Below, piece by piece: positions 35,136 to 44,579 of a stretch of 55,954 bases of DNA. Below the pieces are notes generated by a model. The model saw only the letters and a program-made list of their open reading frames with translations. It was not told the origin of the DNA and searched no databases. The translations under genes and the position numbers were made by a program. How positions within the stretch are numbered: position 1 is the stretch's first letter; every line of letters starts with the position of its first letter. The DNA comes from a virus. Lineage: Duplodnaviria > Caudoviricetes. The DNA is taken from positions 1 through 55,954 of the IMG/VR virus record IMGVR_UViG_3300032047_000018, one strand, 5' to 3'.

Positions 35136-36389
35136 CTATTTTAAATGTTTAAATGTTTTAATTTTAAGTTTACTGCTATCATTCCCCGAACCAACTGATC
35201 TAACATTCCAACCATTGGCAGTCTTAACATCTGAATGGACACCTCTCGCCCCCATCTTAACGTTTTTGGCTTTTGTTGTACTGTCTTTAATTGCATCTGC
35301 TTTACCTTGTTCGTAAAAGTGTTTTGCAACTTGATCTGGATTCATAGCTGTAAATAAGCTTTTATGATAACCGGAGGCATCTGACATTTCATTATTTTCA
35401 TTCAAGAACTTCTTGACAAAATTGTTAATGTCGCTCTGGCTATCCTTGACCTTGTTTGCGTCTTTAACATTAAACCTATATTTTTTATCGCCGACGTTAT
35501 ATTCAAAACCTTTGAAATCGTCATTGAAAACTTGGTTTGTTTTATTTAAAAACGCATCAGTCTGCTTTTTAGCTACGGATGATTGCTCTTTTTGTTCTTT
35601 ATTATATCGGTTAAAGAACTCTACCGCTTTTTGTTGTTCCGGTAATAATTTACTACCGCCTTTTATTTCTGCATAATATTTAGATTTTAATCCATCTAAA
35701 TAATTTTTTGCATTAGCAAGTTCTTCTTTTCTTGCTATTTTCTTTTTTCTAATATCTTTTTCATCGTCTTCATCTTCATTATAAGAAAACTTATCTTCCA
35801 TAATAAAGTTAATTTCGTCTCTATCAAGATGAGGTTTCGATGTTTGATAATACTCTGCTAATAGTTGATTTTCATTTAATGAATCATAATCAGTATTTAG
35901 CTTTACGTAGTCTTCTAAACTACCTCCTGTTTCATTTACAAAGTCTACAACCTTTTGAATGTTTTCAGGCAATTCTATACCAGATTCTTTTTGTTCCGCT
36001 ATTGCTTCAGCTACATCTTCTTTTAATTCTTGTGTAACTTCTTGCGTTATTTCCTCTTTCTTTTCTTCCGTTATTTCTTCAAGTACAGTTTCTTCTACTG
36101 GTTTTTCAGGTACGGATTCTTCAGCTTGAACGGGCTCTGGTTGTTGTGGTATTTCTTTTTCCACTTCTTGTACAGGTTCGGCTTGTTTATCTGTAACCAC
36201 GTCTGCTGCTTCTTGCTTTGTATTGGCATCTTGTTCTGGTTTTTTAGTTAAATCAAGTTTTATATTACCAGTTTCCTCGTTAATAACGGCTGGTCCTGTT
36301 TGAGCTGGAGATTCTTTAACTTCAGCTTCTTTTGTTTTTTTGGTGTTTTTTATTTTAAAACTACCTTCTGTTTTTGCTGCTTTAGCCAT
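35136..36389 (-). CDS. Capsid scaffolding protein
   Basis: Highly acidic low-complexity N-terminal half, coiled coils, FYEQGKADA and a basic C-terminal tip; lies between portal and capsid genes. Confidence 0.75.
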   Translation of the reverse strand: MAKAAKTEGSFKIKNTKKTKEAEVKESPAQTGPAVINEETGNIKLDLTKKPEQDANTKQEAADVVTDKQAEPVQEVEKEIPQQPEPVQAEESVPEKPVEETVLEEITEEKKEEITQEVTQELKEDVAEAIAEQKESGIELPENIQKVVDFVNETGGSLEDYVKLNTDYDSLNENQLLAEYYQTSKPHLDRDEINFIMEDKFSYNEDEDDEKDIRKKKIARKEELANAKNYLDGLKSKYYAEIKGGSKLLPEQQKAVEFFNRYNKEQKEQSSVAKKQTDAFLNKTNQVFNDDFKGFEYNVGDKKYRFNVKDANKVKDSQSDINNFVKKFLNENNEMSDASGYHKSLFTAMNPDQVAKHFYEQGKADAIKDSTTKAKNVKMGARGVHSDVKTANGWNVRSVGSGNDSSKLKIKTFKHLK

Positions 36390-36419
36390 GATAAAATATT
36401 ATATAATTAATTGTTAAAA

Positions 36420-38852
36420 TTATCTAGGTTCAAATCCACCTAGACCAAAACCGCCACCCATTATGTCATTACCTCCTGACTCAAAGTCTTTCGGTGGAGT
36501 GTCGTTTTTTCTTTGAGAAATCATTTCTGATTGTTGCGTGCCAATTATTTTAGCTCGCTTGTCTTTACGATCCTCAATTTCTTTTTCGCGATTAGCATTA
36601 TTTTGAACTTCCATGCCTTTAAGCTGCATGTTATATTGAAATTCTAATGCCATCAATTGTTTTTTAGCGTCAACTTCCACGCCTATTCTTTGATTCTCAA
36701 GCTGACTTTTTAATTGCTCTAGTTGAGATTTAGTTTGGAATAGCGCTTGATCTTTTTGTACTTCCGCCTGTGCAGCTACTTGTTGAGCCTGAGCATTAGC
36801 ATTTGCTTGTGCCTGTATATTTGCCTGCTGCTCTTCCTGTAGTCTTTCTTGGCGTTTTTTCTGTCGCACTTTTAATAGCTGATTTGCTAACTTTATATTT
36901 TGTACTTCTCTGATGTCAATTGCATCTGATAAATCAATAAGCCCACCACTTAATGCGGTTTGTATATTGTTTTCTAACATTGCTTTTTCCTCATCATCCG
37001 GAGTTAATTCTAAATAAATACCGAAATCATGAAGATGTAAATCTTTCATTTCATTTAACGTCGCTACATTAAAGCCACCTATTTTTTGAATAAAAGCTTC
37101 TTTGGCAGGGTGGTATTCTAATATATCTGATATCCTTAATGATAAGCACTCCGCGGTTTCTCTTGTTAGATATAAGCCAGCATCTAATATATGTCTTGTT
37201 GCTGTATTGCTATTTGCGGCCGCTAATTTTTGTACACCTACTAAAGCTCTAGAGTCAGGGGTACTAGCGTCTCTTGCCTCATTTAAACCGGTAACATCTC
37301 TTATCATTTGCAAATAATAATTGTAAGTAGATATTAATGTTTGTAATTTTTGACCACCACTACCAGTTTGCACTTCTTGAATAGGTACTTTGCCTGGGTT
37401 CATATCGCCCTCTTGCGTAAAAGATCTACCTATAATAGAACCTGTTTGGAAAAACATATTTAATGCTTCTTGCGGATTGTAATTAGTACCATTACCTAAA
37501 TCAACTTCATTTAAACCGTCAGCATCTAAATACACACCATCTGGTATCATTCTTTGTAATACTTGCTGTAATTTTAAATGTGTTAATTGAATCATATCTG
37601 CAAACGCAGTACATCTACTTACAATAGATTCTATTCTGCCTTGATACATTCTAGGCGCTGTGATAGCGTAGTTTAATTTAACTTTAGTTTCATCAGCCTT
37701 TGGTCTCATCATATTAGGTGCCATTTCCCATTTAAGTAAAATATTACTACCTAATACCATAACACCTTCATATAATACTTCAAGAGATCTTTGCATTTTT
37801 CCAAATTGCTCTTCAAATATTTCTTTAGGCGGATCAAAAGAATCATCTCTTGCTATAATTTTTGTAGCGCCAGTTGCTGTCTCTTTAACTTTGTAAACTT
37901 CGTTCATGTAAGTTTTAAAATTAAAGTATAATATTTGCACAACATTTTGATCGCGATTATTGTTGTACATATTACTTATATTATTATTCCATACACCCCA
38001 ATTCTGAGAACCTTGTTGTTGGATCTCTTCCATTTGGTCTTGCGTTAGGTTCGGAAACTGCTTTTTAAGCTCGTTTAAAGGAACGAATTTAACCTCCCCT
38101 ACATAATATACATCTTGAAAATATGGATCCTCCGTATACGAATAAACCATATAAGCTGGGTCTACATATTCAACAGTAACACCTTCGGTTTCTGTGAAAT
38201 TATTTTTAACCGCTCCTATTCCTAATGTTGCTAAATCGTAATAATATCTTTTCTTTGTTAAATCATATCTGTTGTCATCAAGCATAACATTGATAGCTTC
38301 TTCTTCAGCTATTTCAATACCTTGCTTATAACTTAATTGCATATGAAGATCTAACTCCTCTTCTGAGGCTGGTAATTTATCTGGATTATTTTCAAATAAA
38401 TTAATCCCAAATTCTTGCGCAGCAAAATTATTCAACTCTTCTGTTTGTAAGTCTCTAATTATTGCCTCCATATACTTTGTTCTTTTTTCAACACCGTAAG
38501 GATCTTGAGAATATGCTGTTAAGTCAAAAGCTCTATCAGCAATACCATTAACTACAATATCTACAAATTTAGATAAAATAGGAACTGGTTTCCAGTCTAA
38601 ATTTAAATAAGATAAATCGCCATTAATAGATAATTCATCTTTGTATTTTTGGATAGGTTGTTCTCCGCGCGCATACAATCGTAAATTGTGAAAAGTATTT
38701 TGATTACTTTGAAAACGAGTTGTACCGGAATTGCTAGAGAACCATTCGTTTTGAATTGCTCTTCCCACCTGAAGCCCGTACTCCATCGACATTTTTTCTG
38801 CATCACTTGCGACTTGGGTTGGAAAAAAACTATTTACTACGCCTCTGGCCAT
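36420..38852 (-). CDS. Portal protein
   Basis: 810 aa directly after terL. Motifs PILSKFVDIVVNG and RDVTGLNEARD; Gln-rich C-terminal barrel coiled coil. Confidence 0.88.
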   Translation of the reverse strand: MARGVVNSFFPTQVASDAEKMSMEYGLQVGRAIQNEWFSSNSGTTRFQSNQNTFHNLRLYARGEQPIQKYKDELSINGDLSYLNLDWKPVPILSKFVDIVVNGIADRAFDLTAYSQDPYGVEKRTKYMEAIIRDLQTEELNNFAAQEFGINLFENNPDKLPASEEELDLHMQLSYKQGIEIAEEEAINVMLDDNRYDLTKKRYYYDLATLGIGAVKNNFTETEGVTVEYVDPAYMVYSYTEDPYFQDVYYVGEVKFVPLNELKKQFPNLTQDQMEEIQQQGSQNWGVWNNNISNMYNNNRDQNVVQILYFNFKTYMNEVYKVKETATGATKIIARDDSFDPPKEIFEEQFGKMQRSLEVLYEGVMVLGSNILLKWEMAPNMMRPKADETKVKLNYAITAPRMYQGRIESIVSRCTAFADMIQLTHLKLQQVLQRMIPDGVYLDADGLNEVDLGNGTNYNPQEALNMFFQTGSIIGRSFTQEGDMNPGKVPIQEVQTGSGGQKLQTLISTYNYYLQMIRDVTGLNEARDASTPDSRALVGVQKLAAANSNTATRHILDAGLYLTRETAECLSLRISDILEYHPAKEAFIQKIGGFNVATLNEMKDLHLHDFGIYLELTPDDEEKAMLENNIQTALSGGLIDLSDAIDIREVQNIKLANQLLKVRQKKRQERLQEEQQANIQAQANANAQAQQVAAQAEVQKDQALFQTKSQLEQLKSQLENQRIGVEVDAKKQLMALEFQYNMQLKGMEVQNNANREKEIEDRKDKRAKIIGTQQSEMISQRKNDTPPKDFESGGNDIMGGGFGLGGFEPR

Positions 38853-38856
38853 ATTA

Positions 38857-41067
38857 CTATTTTATTATTTTTGATAATTCCCCATTTTGTTTATACTTTG
38901 CAAAGCTTAAATTAATAGGTGATCTTTGTAATTTATTTGTTGGTCTATACAGATCTTTATGACAAGCCATTACTGCTAATCCCGAACTTATAGCCGCATC
39001 AAATTTTGTTCTATTATTTATATCAAATTTAGCCCAATCATTTAATGTGTCTGTAAAATACATAGAACCGTAGTTACCATTGGATTGCAATCCTACGTGT
39101 TTATCTATATACATTTCTATAGCAGCTGCGTGAGCTTGCTTAATATCTTCACTTGAGTTAGGTATTCCACCAACTTCTCTTTCTGAAACTGATAACTTGT
39201 TCCATAATTTGTCAGGCCTATTCATTGAATATCCTCTATAACCGCGCCTTTTTAAATAATATAATAACCTAGGTTTATTATTTTCTGCTAATATTGGCAT
39301 TCCATAAAATACTATAGCCATTAAAACATCTTCAAAAAACATTTCAGCTGTTTGCGGTCTTGCTATATATTCTAAAAAAAATGTGCTAGGGGGTGCATCC
39401 TCCATGCTGAATTTAGTTAACCCATGCAACGCGCCTTTAGAACCTTTGCCGTCTGTTGTACCTGATATATCGTAACTGTCACAACCAAAAGCACCCACGT
39501 GTTCTAATCCCGGCCATCTAACTCCATTCTTTATTATCTGCCTATTTTGTAACTCATAAGAAGGAGTCCAGCTTATTAAAAACCTTCCATTTGGGTTTGG
39601 CGTAAAAATTACTTTTGAATCTTTAATACCATTTTCCCACATAAAACTACCGCGAGTTAATACATTACTATGCCGTAAATCTTCGTTGTAATCTATTTGT
39701 TCGTATATTTTTACTAAATTAAATATACTATTTTTGGTTTCATCCCTAAACGCATGCTCCTCTGTACGTGGAAACTGTCTGTAATACTCGTTTAGAGCGT
39801 CCTGGTCACCTTTTAAACCTTCAGCTTCGTTATTCCAATGCTCTATGACTCCGACGTCTATAATGTCCCCGTATGGCCCAACTTTTTCTTCTTCTGGTGT
39901 GTTGAATACAGGTATGCCATGAGAATCAATGAATCCTTCGTAGTTCCATTCCATAGGTATGAACAAAGAATATAGTCCGCTGCGAGTCTGTCCATTGGCG
40001 TTTCTTTTTGTGACATCTGAATCATTGTATAATCTTTTAAAATTGTCACCACCTTTGTCTAAAGCGTTTGATGTGCTTCCCATCATACACTTACCTATTA
40101 CTCTACTACCTAGTCTTAACGTGGTTTTCGTAACCCTCCAGTTGTTGAGGATGTTGTTCGGCCTTTCCCATTTGCCCGATTCGTCATGGACGAGAAGTTT
40201 AAGCTTCTCCCCGTCGTATGCGTTGTCACCGGTGTTCTTCCAATCGATCGTGGTGTCGAGACCCGATAAGGTTTCAACGGCGGTGTTATTGTCAAGTTTA
40301 CGTCTTGTGAACTTGGACGCTGGAACACGATAGGCGAGCTCGGTTTTGGGGCGGTCCATACCGTCCTGTATTGGTTTGAAAAAGAAGGGGTAATTAACCG
40401 ATATCGGTACCACCTTATCGGTAAACATCTTTTTCGCATCAGCCCCAGACTTGGATAGTATACCATATCGTGAATCGGAATTAATAGTGGCGAGATTAAC
40501 GGTTTCTCCAGAGGCCATAAATGAAAAGCCAGACCGTCTATTCTTGAGGTAGCACATCCCATAGGATCTGGAATCTGCCTTGCAAGCTTCCCAGAAAATG
40601 TAGAATAATCTATTTGCTTCGCGAAACTCTGGCTTCCCAACATCAATCTTGGACCACTGCAAGTACATAAAGTGAGTACCAGTAATGTAAGTAGCCACAC
40701 CTTTATTATTGAACCAATGGCCTTTTTCTCTTTTGTTAAACTGTTCATCGATATATGTGCCCCATTTTGATTTAAACTCTTCGGGATATTCTCTCCAATC
40801 AAATATACTTTTAATTAGTTTTAATTCCTTCGGATATTCCGCGGGCGTCCACTTGTCATTTGATTTGTCTAACTTTGCTGGTGCTTTTGGCAAAGCTATC
40901 TTCAGATTCTGTATATTATATATTTCTCCGATTTGGCCCGACTTACTTATAACAACTACATCATGCTCTTTGTTATAACCATACTTCCATTTCTTACTCT
41001 TATTTAGTCTAGATAAAGTAGTTTGTTTAATTGGTGTTATTACACTATATAAACTTTGTTCGTACAT
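38857..41067 (-). CDS. terL: Terminase large subunit
   Basis: Walker A-like LKNRRSGFS, Walker B LLVHDESGK, coupling motif GSTSN, and nuclease motifs GCDSYD, ENNK and FDAAIS. Confidence 0.92.
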   Translation of the reverse strand: MYEQSLYSVITPIKQTTLSRLNKSKKWKYGYNKEHDVVVISKSGQIGEIYNIQNLKIALPKAPAKLDKSNDKWTPAEYPKELKLIKSIFDWREYPEEFKSKWGTYIDEQFNKREKGHWFNNKGVATYITGTHFMYLQWSKIDVGKPEFREANRLFYIFWEACKADSRSYGMCYLKNRRSGFSFMASGETVNLATINSDSRYGILSKSGADAKKMFTDKVVPISVNYPFFFKPIQDGMDRPKTELAYRVPASKFTRRKLDNNTAVETLSGLDTTIDWKNTGDNAYDGEKLKLLVHDESGKWERPNNILNNWRVTKTTLRLGSRVIGKCMMGSTSNALDKGGDNFKRLYNDSDVTKRNANGQTRSGLYSLFIPMEWNYEGFIDSHGIPVFNTPEEEKVGPYGDIIDVGVIEHWNNEAEGLKGDQDALNEYYRQFPRTEEHAFRDETKNSIFNLVKIYEQIDYNEDLRHSNVLTRGSFMWENGIKDSKVIFTPNPNGRFLISWTPSYELQNRQIIKNGVRWPGLEHVGAFGCDSYDISGTTDGKGSKGALHGLTKFSMEDAPPSTFFLEYIARPQTAEMFFEDVLMAIVFYGMPILAENNKPRLLYYLKRRGYRGYSMNRPDKLWNKLSVSEREVGGIPNSSEDIKQAHAAAIEMYIDKHVGLQSNGNYGSMYFTDTLNDWAKFDINNRTKFDAAISSGLAVMACHKDLYRPTNKLQRSPINLSFAKYKQNGELSKIIK
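40116..40748 (-). CDS. Candidate overprinted lipoprotein in the +1 frame of terL
   Basis: Stop-free for 228 codons. KEKK...VWLLTLLVLTLCTC-S resembles a type II signal peptide. Coincides with a local GC rise. Confidence 0.35.
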   Translation of the reverse strand: MNSLTKEKKAIGSIIKVWLLTLLVLTLCTCSGPRLMLGSQSFAKQIDYSTFSGKLARQIPDPMGCATSRIDGLAFHLWPLEKPLISPLLIPIHDMVYYPSLGLMRKRCLPIRWYRYRLITPSFSNQYRTVWTAPKPSSPIVFQRPSSQDVNLTITPPLKPYRVSTPRSIGRTPVTTHTTGRSLNFSSMTNRANGKGRTTSSTTGGLRKPR

Positions 41068-41342
41068 TATTTAGATCTTCTTTCAGCAAACCCACCAAAA
41101 GTTGTTTGTTCGACTTCTTCTTTTGGTTTGTTTTCAATTATTCTTTGCTCCTCATCAATTCTGCTTAATATTTCAAAAGCATCAAATATAGCCAGCTTTT
41201 TTGTGGCTGCTGCATTTTTTAATCTGTCAGCTGAGATATCATCGTCCGAATCTACAATAGCTTCTTTTGCTACTTTAATTAATTCCTCAACTGCTTTGTG
41301 CCCAGCCTGGATTATATTCTTCTTCGTCTCCTTGATATTCAT
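41067..41342 (-). CDS. Putative terminase small subunit
   Basis: Small helical protein directly upstream of and coupled to terL. Likely start is ATG 41342 (MNIKETKK). Confidence 0.6.
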   Translation of the reverse strand: MNIKETKKNIIQAGHKAVEELIKVAKEAIVDSDDDISADRLKNAAATKKLAIFDAFEILSRIDEEQRIIENKPKEEVEQTTFGGFAERRSK

Positions 41343-41880
41343 ATTTAATTGTAATTGCATTCATGGGAACTCGGTATAACCTTTGCCCTTCTATTATAAA
41401 CTCGTATTCTGAATTTGGTTTAAAACCAACAAGCGTTTCTACTTCAATTTGTTCATTGCCGTATTTTACAATGCCGATTAATGGCCTTTCTTTTTCTATG
41501 GAAATTTCGTCCGTTTCTTTTATAGGCATTACAAAAACAAAACCTTCTAGTGCTTTCCACTCATTATTTTGTTTGTAAGCATATATTTGATCAGGCTGCA
41601 CTAAATAAATATCCTCTTCAAAATAGTTTTTACTATTCTTTTCTTTACCACGTATATCTCTAAATCTTCTAAATATATTGTGATGTACAATAACCTCTAA
41701 CCCTTCTTTAATTTCGTTATACATTCTTGCGCGAGGCAATCCTATAACAATACCAATTCTTTGAGTATATTGATGATTTTGTAATTCAGTGTTTAATAGT
41801 AACTCGTTACCTTCTATCTCTTTTTTTCCTGTTGTCCTACTGCCCTTCGGTTTTACCAGGTAATTGAATACACTCTGCAT
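41287..41880 (-). CDS. Tandem GroES-like (double cpn10 domain) protein
   Basis: Two similar halves: NYLVKP...RIGIVIGLP...EGLEVIVHH and GFVFVMP...LIGIVKYG...VETLVGFKPNSEYEFIIEGQRLYRV. Confidence 0.6.
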   Translation of the reverse strand: MQSVFNYLVKPKGSRTTGKKEIEGNELLLNTELQNHQYTQRIGIVIGLPRARMYNEIKEGLEVIVHHNIFRRFRDIRGKEKNSKNYFEEDIYLVQPDQIYAYKQNNEWKALEGFVFVMPIKETDEISIEKERPLIGIVKYGNEQIEVETLVGFKPNSEYEFIIEGQRLYRVPMNAITIKYEYQGDEEEYNPGWAQSS

Positions 41881-41881
41881 T

Positions 41882-42106
41882 TTACCATGAGAGATCGTAT
41901 TCGACGGATATCGACATGTTTTTGTTAAAGTCCTTCCAGGGCATTAACATATCCTCTTTTGTTATATAGATGGAGTACTTATCTTCTTCCTCTATTATAT
42001 TAGCTATAGTATGCCCGCCATACACTTCTTGCCCAACAGCATAATGCATAGCGTCATTCTTATAGTCTTTACCGACACTAATCTTTCTTATTATCTGCTG
42101 CGACAT
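41882..42106 (-). CDS. Hypothetical protein
   Basis: 74-aa beta-rich ORF overlapping the upstream gene. Confidence 0.75.
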   Translation of the reverse strand: MSQQIIRKISVGKDYKNDAMHYAVGQEVYGGHTIANIIEEEDKYSIYITKEDMLMPWKDFNKNMSISVEYDLSW

Positions 42107-42500
42107 CGGTATATTCTCCAGTTTTTAAATCAATGTTAACAGAACCATATACATCTTCTAACTTTTTTTGTTCAGCTTGAACAACTTCGGCGGCGGCTTT
42201 TATTGCTGTCAACAATTGAGCTTTATGAGCTTCAAGACCACCGATTTGCATTTGAATTTGATTAACTTGATTTACTGCGGCTTGAATAATTTGTAATTCT
42301 TCCGCTTTAATTTTGTTTACTTTTTTTGCCATTTTATTTGATTTAAGTGATTTATAAGGAAAAGCTTTATTTAACTTTTCTTTTCTAGTTTTACAACCGC
42401 AATCTTTTCCGGTTGCTTTCGATATGGTATCAACTACTTTTTTGATACCTGTTGCTTTAGTGATTTTTTCTATTGTATCACCAAGTCCTTTTGATTTCAT
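42078..42500 (-). CDS. Hypothetical protein: GLGD...CGC module fused in frame to a coiled-coil protein with probable internal start at 42332
   Basis: MKSKGLGDTIEK...DCGC...FPYK is followed by AAATCAAATAAA-ATG and MAKKVNKI...YGSVNIDLKTGEY. Confidence 0.7.
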   Translation of the reverse strand: MKSKGLGDTIEKITKATGIKKVVDTISKATGKDCGCKTRKEKLNKAFPYKSLKSNKMAKKVNKIKAEELQIIQAAVNQVNQIQMQIGGLEAHKAQLLTAIKAAAEVVQAEQKKLEDVYGSVNIDLKTGEYTDVAADNKKD

Positions 42501-42824
42501 TTAACAATTCCATTTACGTCTAGCCGCTTTACCTCTTTCTCCAGTCCACCCACGAGATCTAGCGCAAAATGATTTACGTCTTTTTGCAGCCTTGCTATCT
42601 GGATCTAATTTGGAAGGAGGGGTTGTAACAGCTGTTTTTAAATTACCTCCTGTTTTTCTATTATAATTCGCTACACCTTTAGCGGTCATTCCGCCACCTG
42701 CATCTTTTCCAGTACCGCCTCCTTTTTTAACTTCGGCGTAATTGCCAGACTTTTTGTTTCTTGCTGGCGCATAAGACTTAGATTTAGCTTTTTTGAATGG
42801 TGAGTTGTGTTGTATATATGCCAT
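42501..42824 (-). CDS. Small basic protein (DUF6321-like) with SPFK leader
   Basis: GGMTAKGVANYNRKTGGNLK...KRRKSFCAR...RRKWNC; family name recalled from memory. Confidence 0.7.
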   Translation of the reverse strand: MAYIQHNSPFKKAKSKSYAPARNKKSGNYAEVKKGGGTGKDAGGGMTAKGVANYNRKTGGNLKTAVTTPPSKLDPDSKAAKRRKSFCARSRGWTGERGKAARRKWNC

Positions 42825-43810
42825 TATTTCCCAAAGTATTTAAGTTTCATAGGCGCACCTTTTCTAAAGAATTTTGATTTTTTCGGGGCTGCAGTTTTCA
42901 CTTCTTTTAAAGGTATATCTAAATTTTTTTGCTCTTCAACACTTAATTCATTTTGCTTTAAATCTCTACCTTCACCCCTAACAGTCCCTTGAGTGCCTAA
43001 ATAATTAGCCCCATACCCGGAAGTTTGGTTTTGCTTGCTTTGATTTTTTACATTAGTTAACTCGTTGTCAGAAATTTCATATCTACTTTGTGCTTTTGAA
43101 AGTTTATTTAAATCGCTTTGACTTAAATTGTCATTAGCCTTAAAGTTGCCTTCTGCATCAAATGTTCCATACTTGCCCATTTGTCTTCTATACTTGCCTA
43201 CTCTTCGACTCGTATGTATTCCACTTCTTATATTATTACGTCTTTGCAAAGAAGTTTGAGCGGTACCAGAATCGTTAGTTCTTAAGGTTAATTCACCTTT
43301 TTCGAGTTTGTCGTCTTCACCAGTTGTTGTATCTGGTTCTGGATCTTTAATATTTTCATCTGCCCATACGCATCCCTTAACGCCTCTTTTACGAGAGCCA
43401 TCTGCATTATAACATTTTTCTTTAAAGGATTTATCTTGCGCAGCGGTTGAATCGGGTGTATCTTGTACACACTTACCCGCCGCATTCTTAGTAAAACCTT
43501 TGCCACAACCACCTTTTTTAGTAATTAAGTCGCCGGCTGTTGTTCTTTTTTTAACAGTTTTTATAGTGCCATCAGGACCTAGCTCTTGATTCTGGGAAGT
43601 CTCTACGTGCCCAGGCTCATGCGCTTTTAAGGGGCTAATGTTTATAGAAAACCCTTTTTTTTTAGCTGGCGATTTTGTAGCAGCGTCGCTAGTGGTGTTG
43701 TCCCCGTATACGCCGGCTGGCCCAACATTAAGAATAGGCTCTGTAACACCTTTCTTTTGATTGAATAAACCTTTGTTTACTCTAGCTGTTATTGGTATAT
43801 TTTTTCCCAT
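42824..43810 (-). CDS. Basic low-complexity protein with SPAK/SPLK motifs (candidate capsid cargo)
   Basis: 328 aa, Lys/Gly-rich, four Cys in two pairs. Confidence 0.7.
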   Translation of the reverse strand: MGKNIPITARVNKGLFNQKKGVTEPILNVGPAGVYGDNTTSDAATKSPAKKKGFSINISPLKAHEPGHVETSQNQELGPDGTIKTVKKRTTAGDLITKKGGCGKGFTKNAAGKCVQDTPDSTAAQDKSFKEKCYNADGSRKRGVKGCVWADENIKDPEPDTTTGEDDKLEKGELTLRTNDSGTAQTSLQRRNNIRSGIHTSRRVGKYRRQMGKYGTFDAEGNFKANDNLSQSDLNKLSKAQSRYEISDNELTNVKNQSKQNQTSGYGANYLGTQGTVRGEGRDLKQNELSVEEQKNLDIPLKEVKTAAPKKSKFFRKGAPMKLKYFGK

Positions 43811-43824
43811 GATTAGTTGTTATG

Positions 43825-44322
43825 TTATAATTTAAATTCCGAAATATCCGGTATTTCTAGTTCTGTGTCAAATTTTTTTCCTGTAAACGAAGCAAATGGA
43901 TTGTCATCCTCTTTACTTACATCGTTACTTAGGTTCGCGGTTTTCGCTGGTGGCTTTTGATCTCCAAATCCTTTTTTCACTTCAGCGGCATAATCAATGC
44001 CTCTTTTGCTAGCTAATACATCTTTCTCTCCTTCTATTAAAGCCATGTTCATTTTTGCTGGAGATTTAGACTTGGTTGTTATTGGATTAGCCATGTCCCC
44101 ATTATAGCCATCTTGAAAGTAAGCTTCACCTCCATAAAAATTTTTATTTAATTTGGCAGGAGATCGTCTTTTAGCAAACATAGCTTCAGCTTCTTTCAAA
44201 TGTACTCTACCACCAACCCCTTGTCTAGGGCCTGGCGCAGACTTCTCTTGAAAGCCGCTGGCGTTTCTATTGTCTGATATTTTATTAAGCTCCTCAGCTT
44301 TTCCTCTAAAATTTATTGCCAT
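43825..44322 (-). CDS. Modular protein with two SPAK motifs (candidate capsid cargo)
   Basis: The segment after the second SPAK resembles the N-terminus of the 19325-20590 protein. Confidence 0.7.
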   Translation of the reverse strand: MAINFRGKAEELNKISDNRNASGFQEKSAPGPRQGVGGRVHLKEAEAMFAKRRSPAKLNKNFYGGEAYFQDGYNGDMANPITTKSKSPAKMNMALIEGEKDVLASKRGIDYAAEVKKGFGDQKPPAKTANLSNDVSKEDDNPFASFTGKKFDTELEIPDISEFKL

Positions 44323-44579
44323 TATTTTTTATATTTAGTTACTCTGCCTTTTGTATCTTTTTCTCTTTTTGCAGCTGCTTTTTCACTAGGTGATAATTCG
44401 CTCCAGGTTGCTGGTGTTTTACTTGAAACTCTTTTAGTTGGCCTAAAAGTATTTTCACCACCCTCATAGCCTTTCTTGCCGCTGGGTGTTCTCCAATCTT
44501 CTTTAAACCATCGTTTAAGTGCTGCACCCTCTTTGGTTTTTCTAACTTGTAGAGGTGAACCTTTCATTTTAAAAGCCAT
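44322..44579 (-). CDS. Small basic protein (DUF5872-like) with MAFKMKGSPLQ leader
   Basis: LKRWFKEDW...RPTKRVSSKTPAT; family name recalled from memory. Confidence 0.7.
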   Translation of the reverse strand: MAFKMKGSPLQVRKTKEGAALKRWFKEDWRTPSGKKGYEGGENTFRPTKRVSSKTPATWSELSPSEKAAAKREKDTKGRVTKYKK

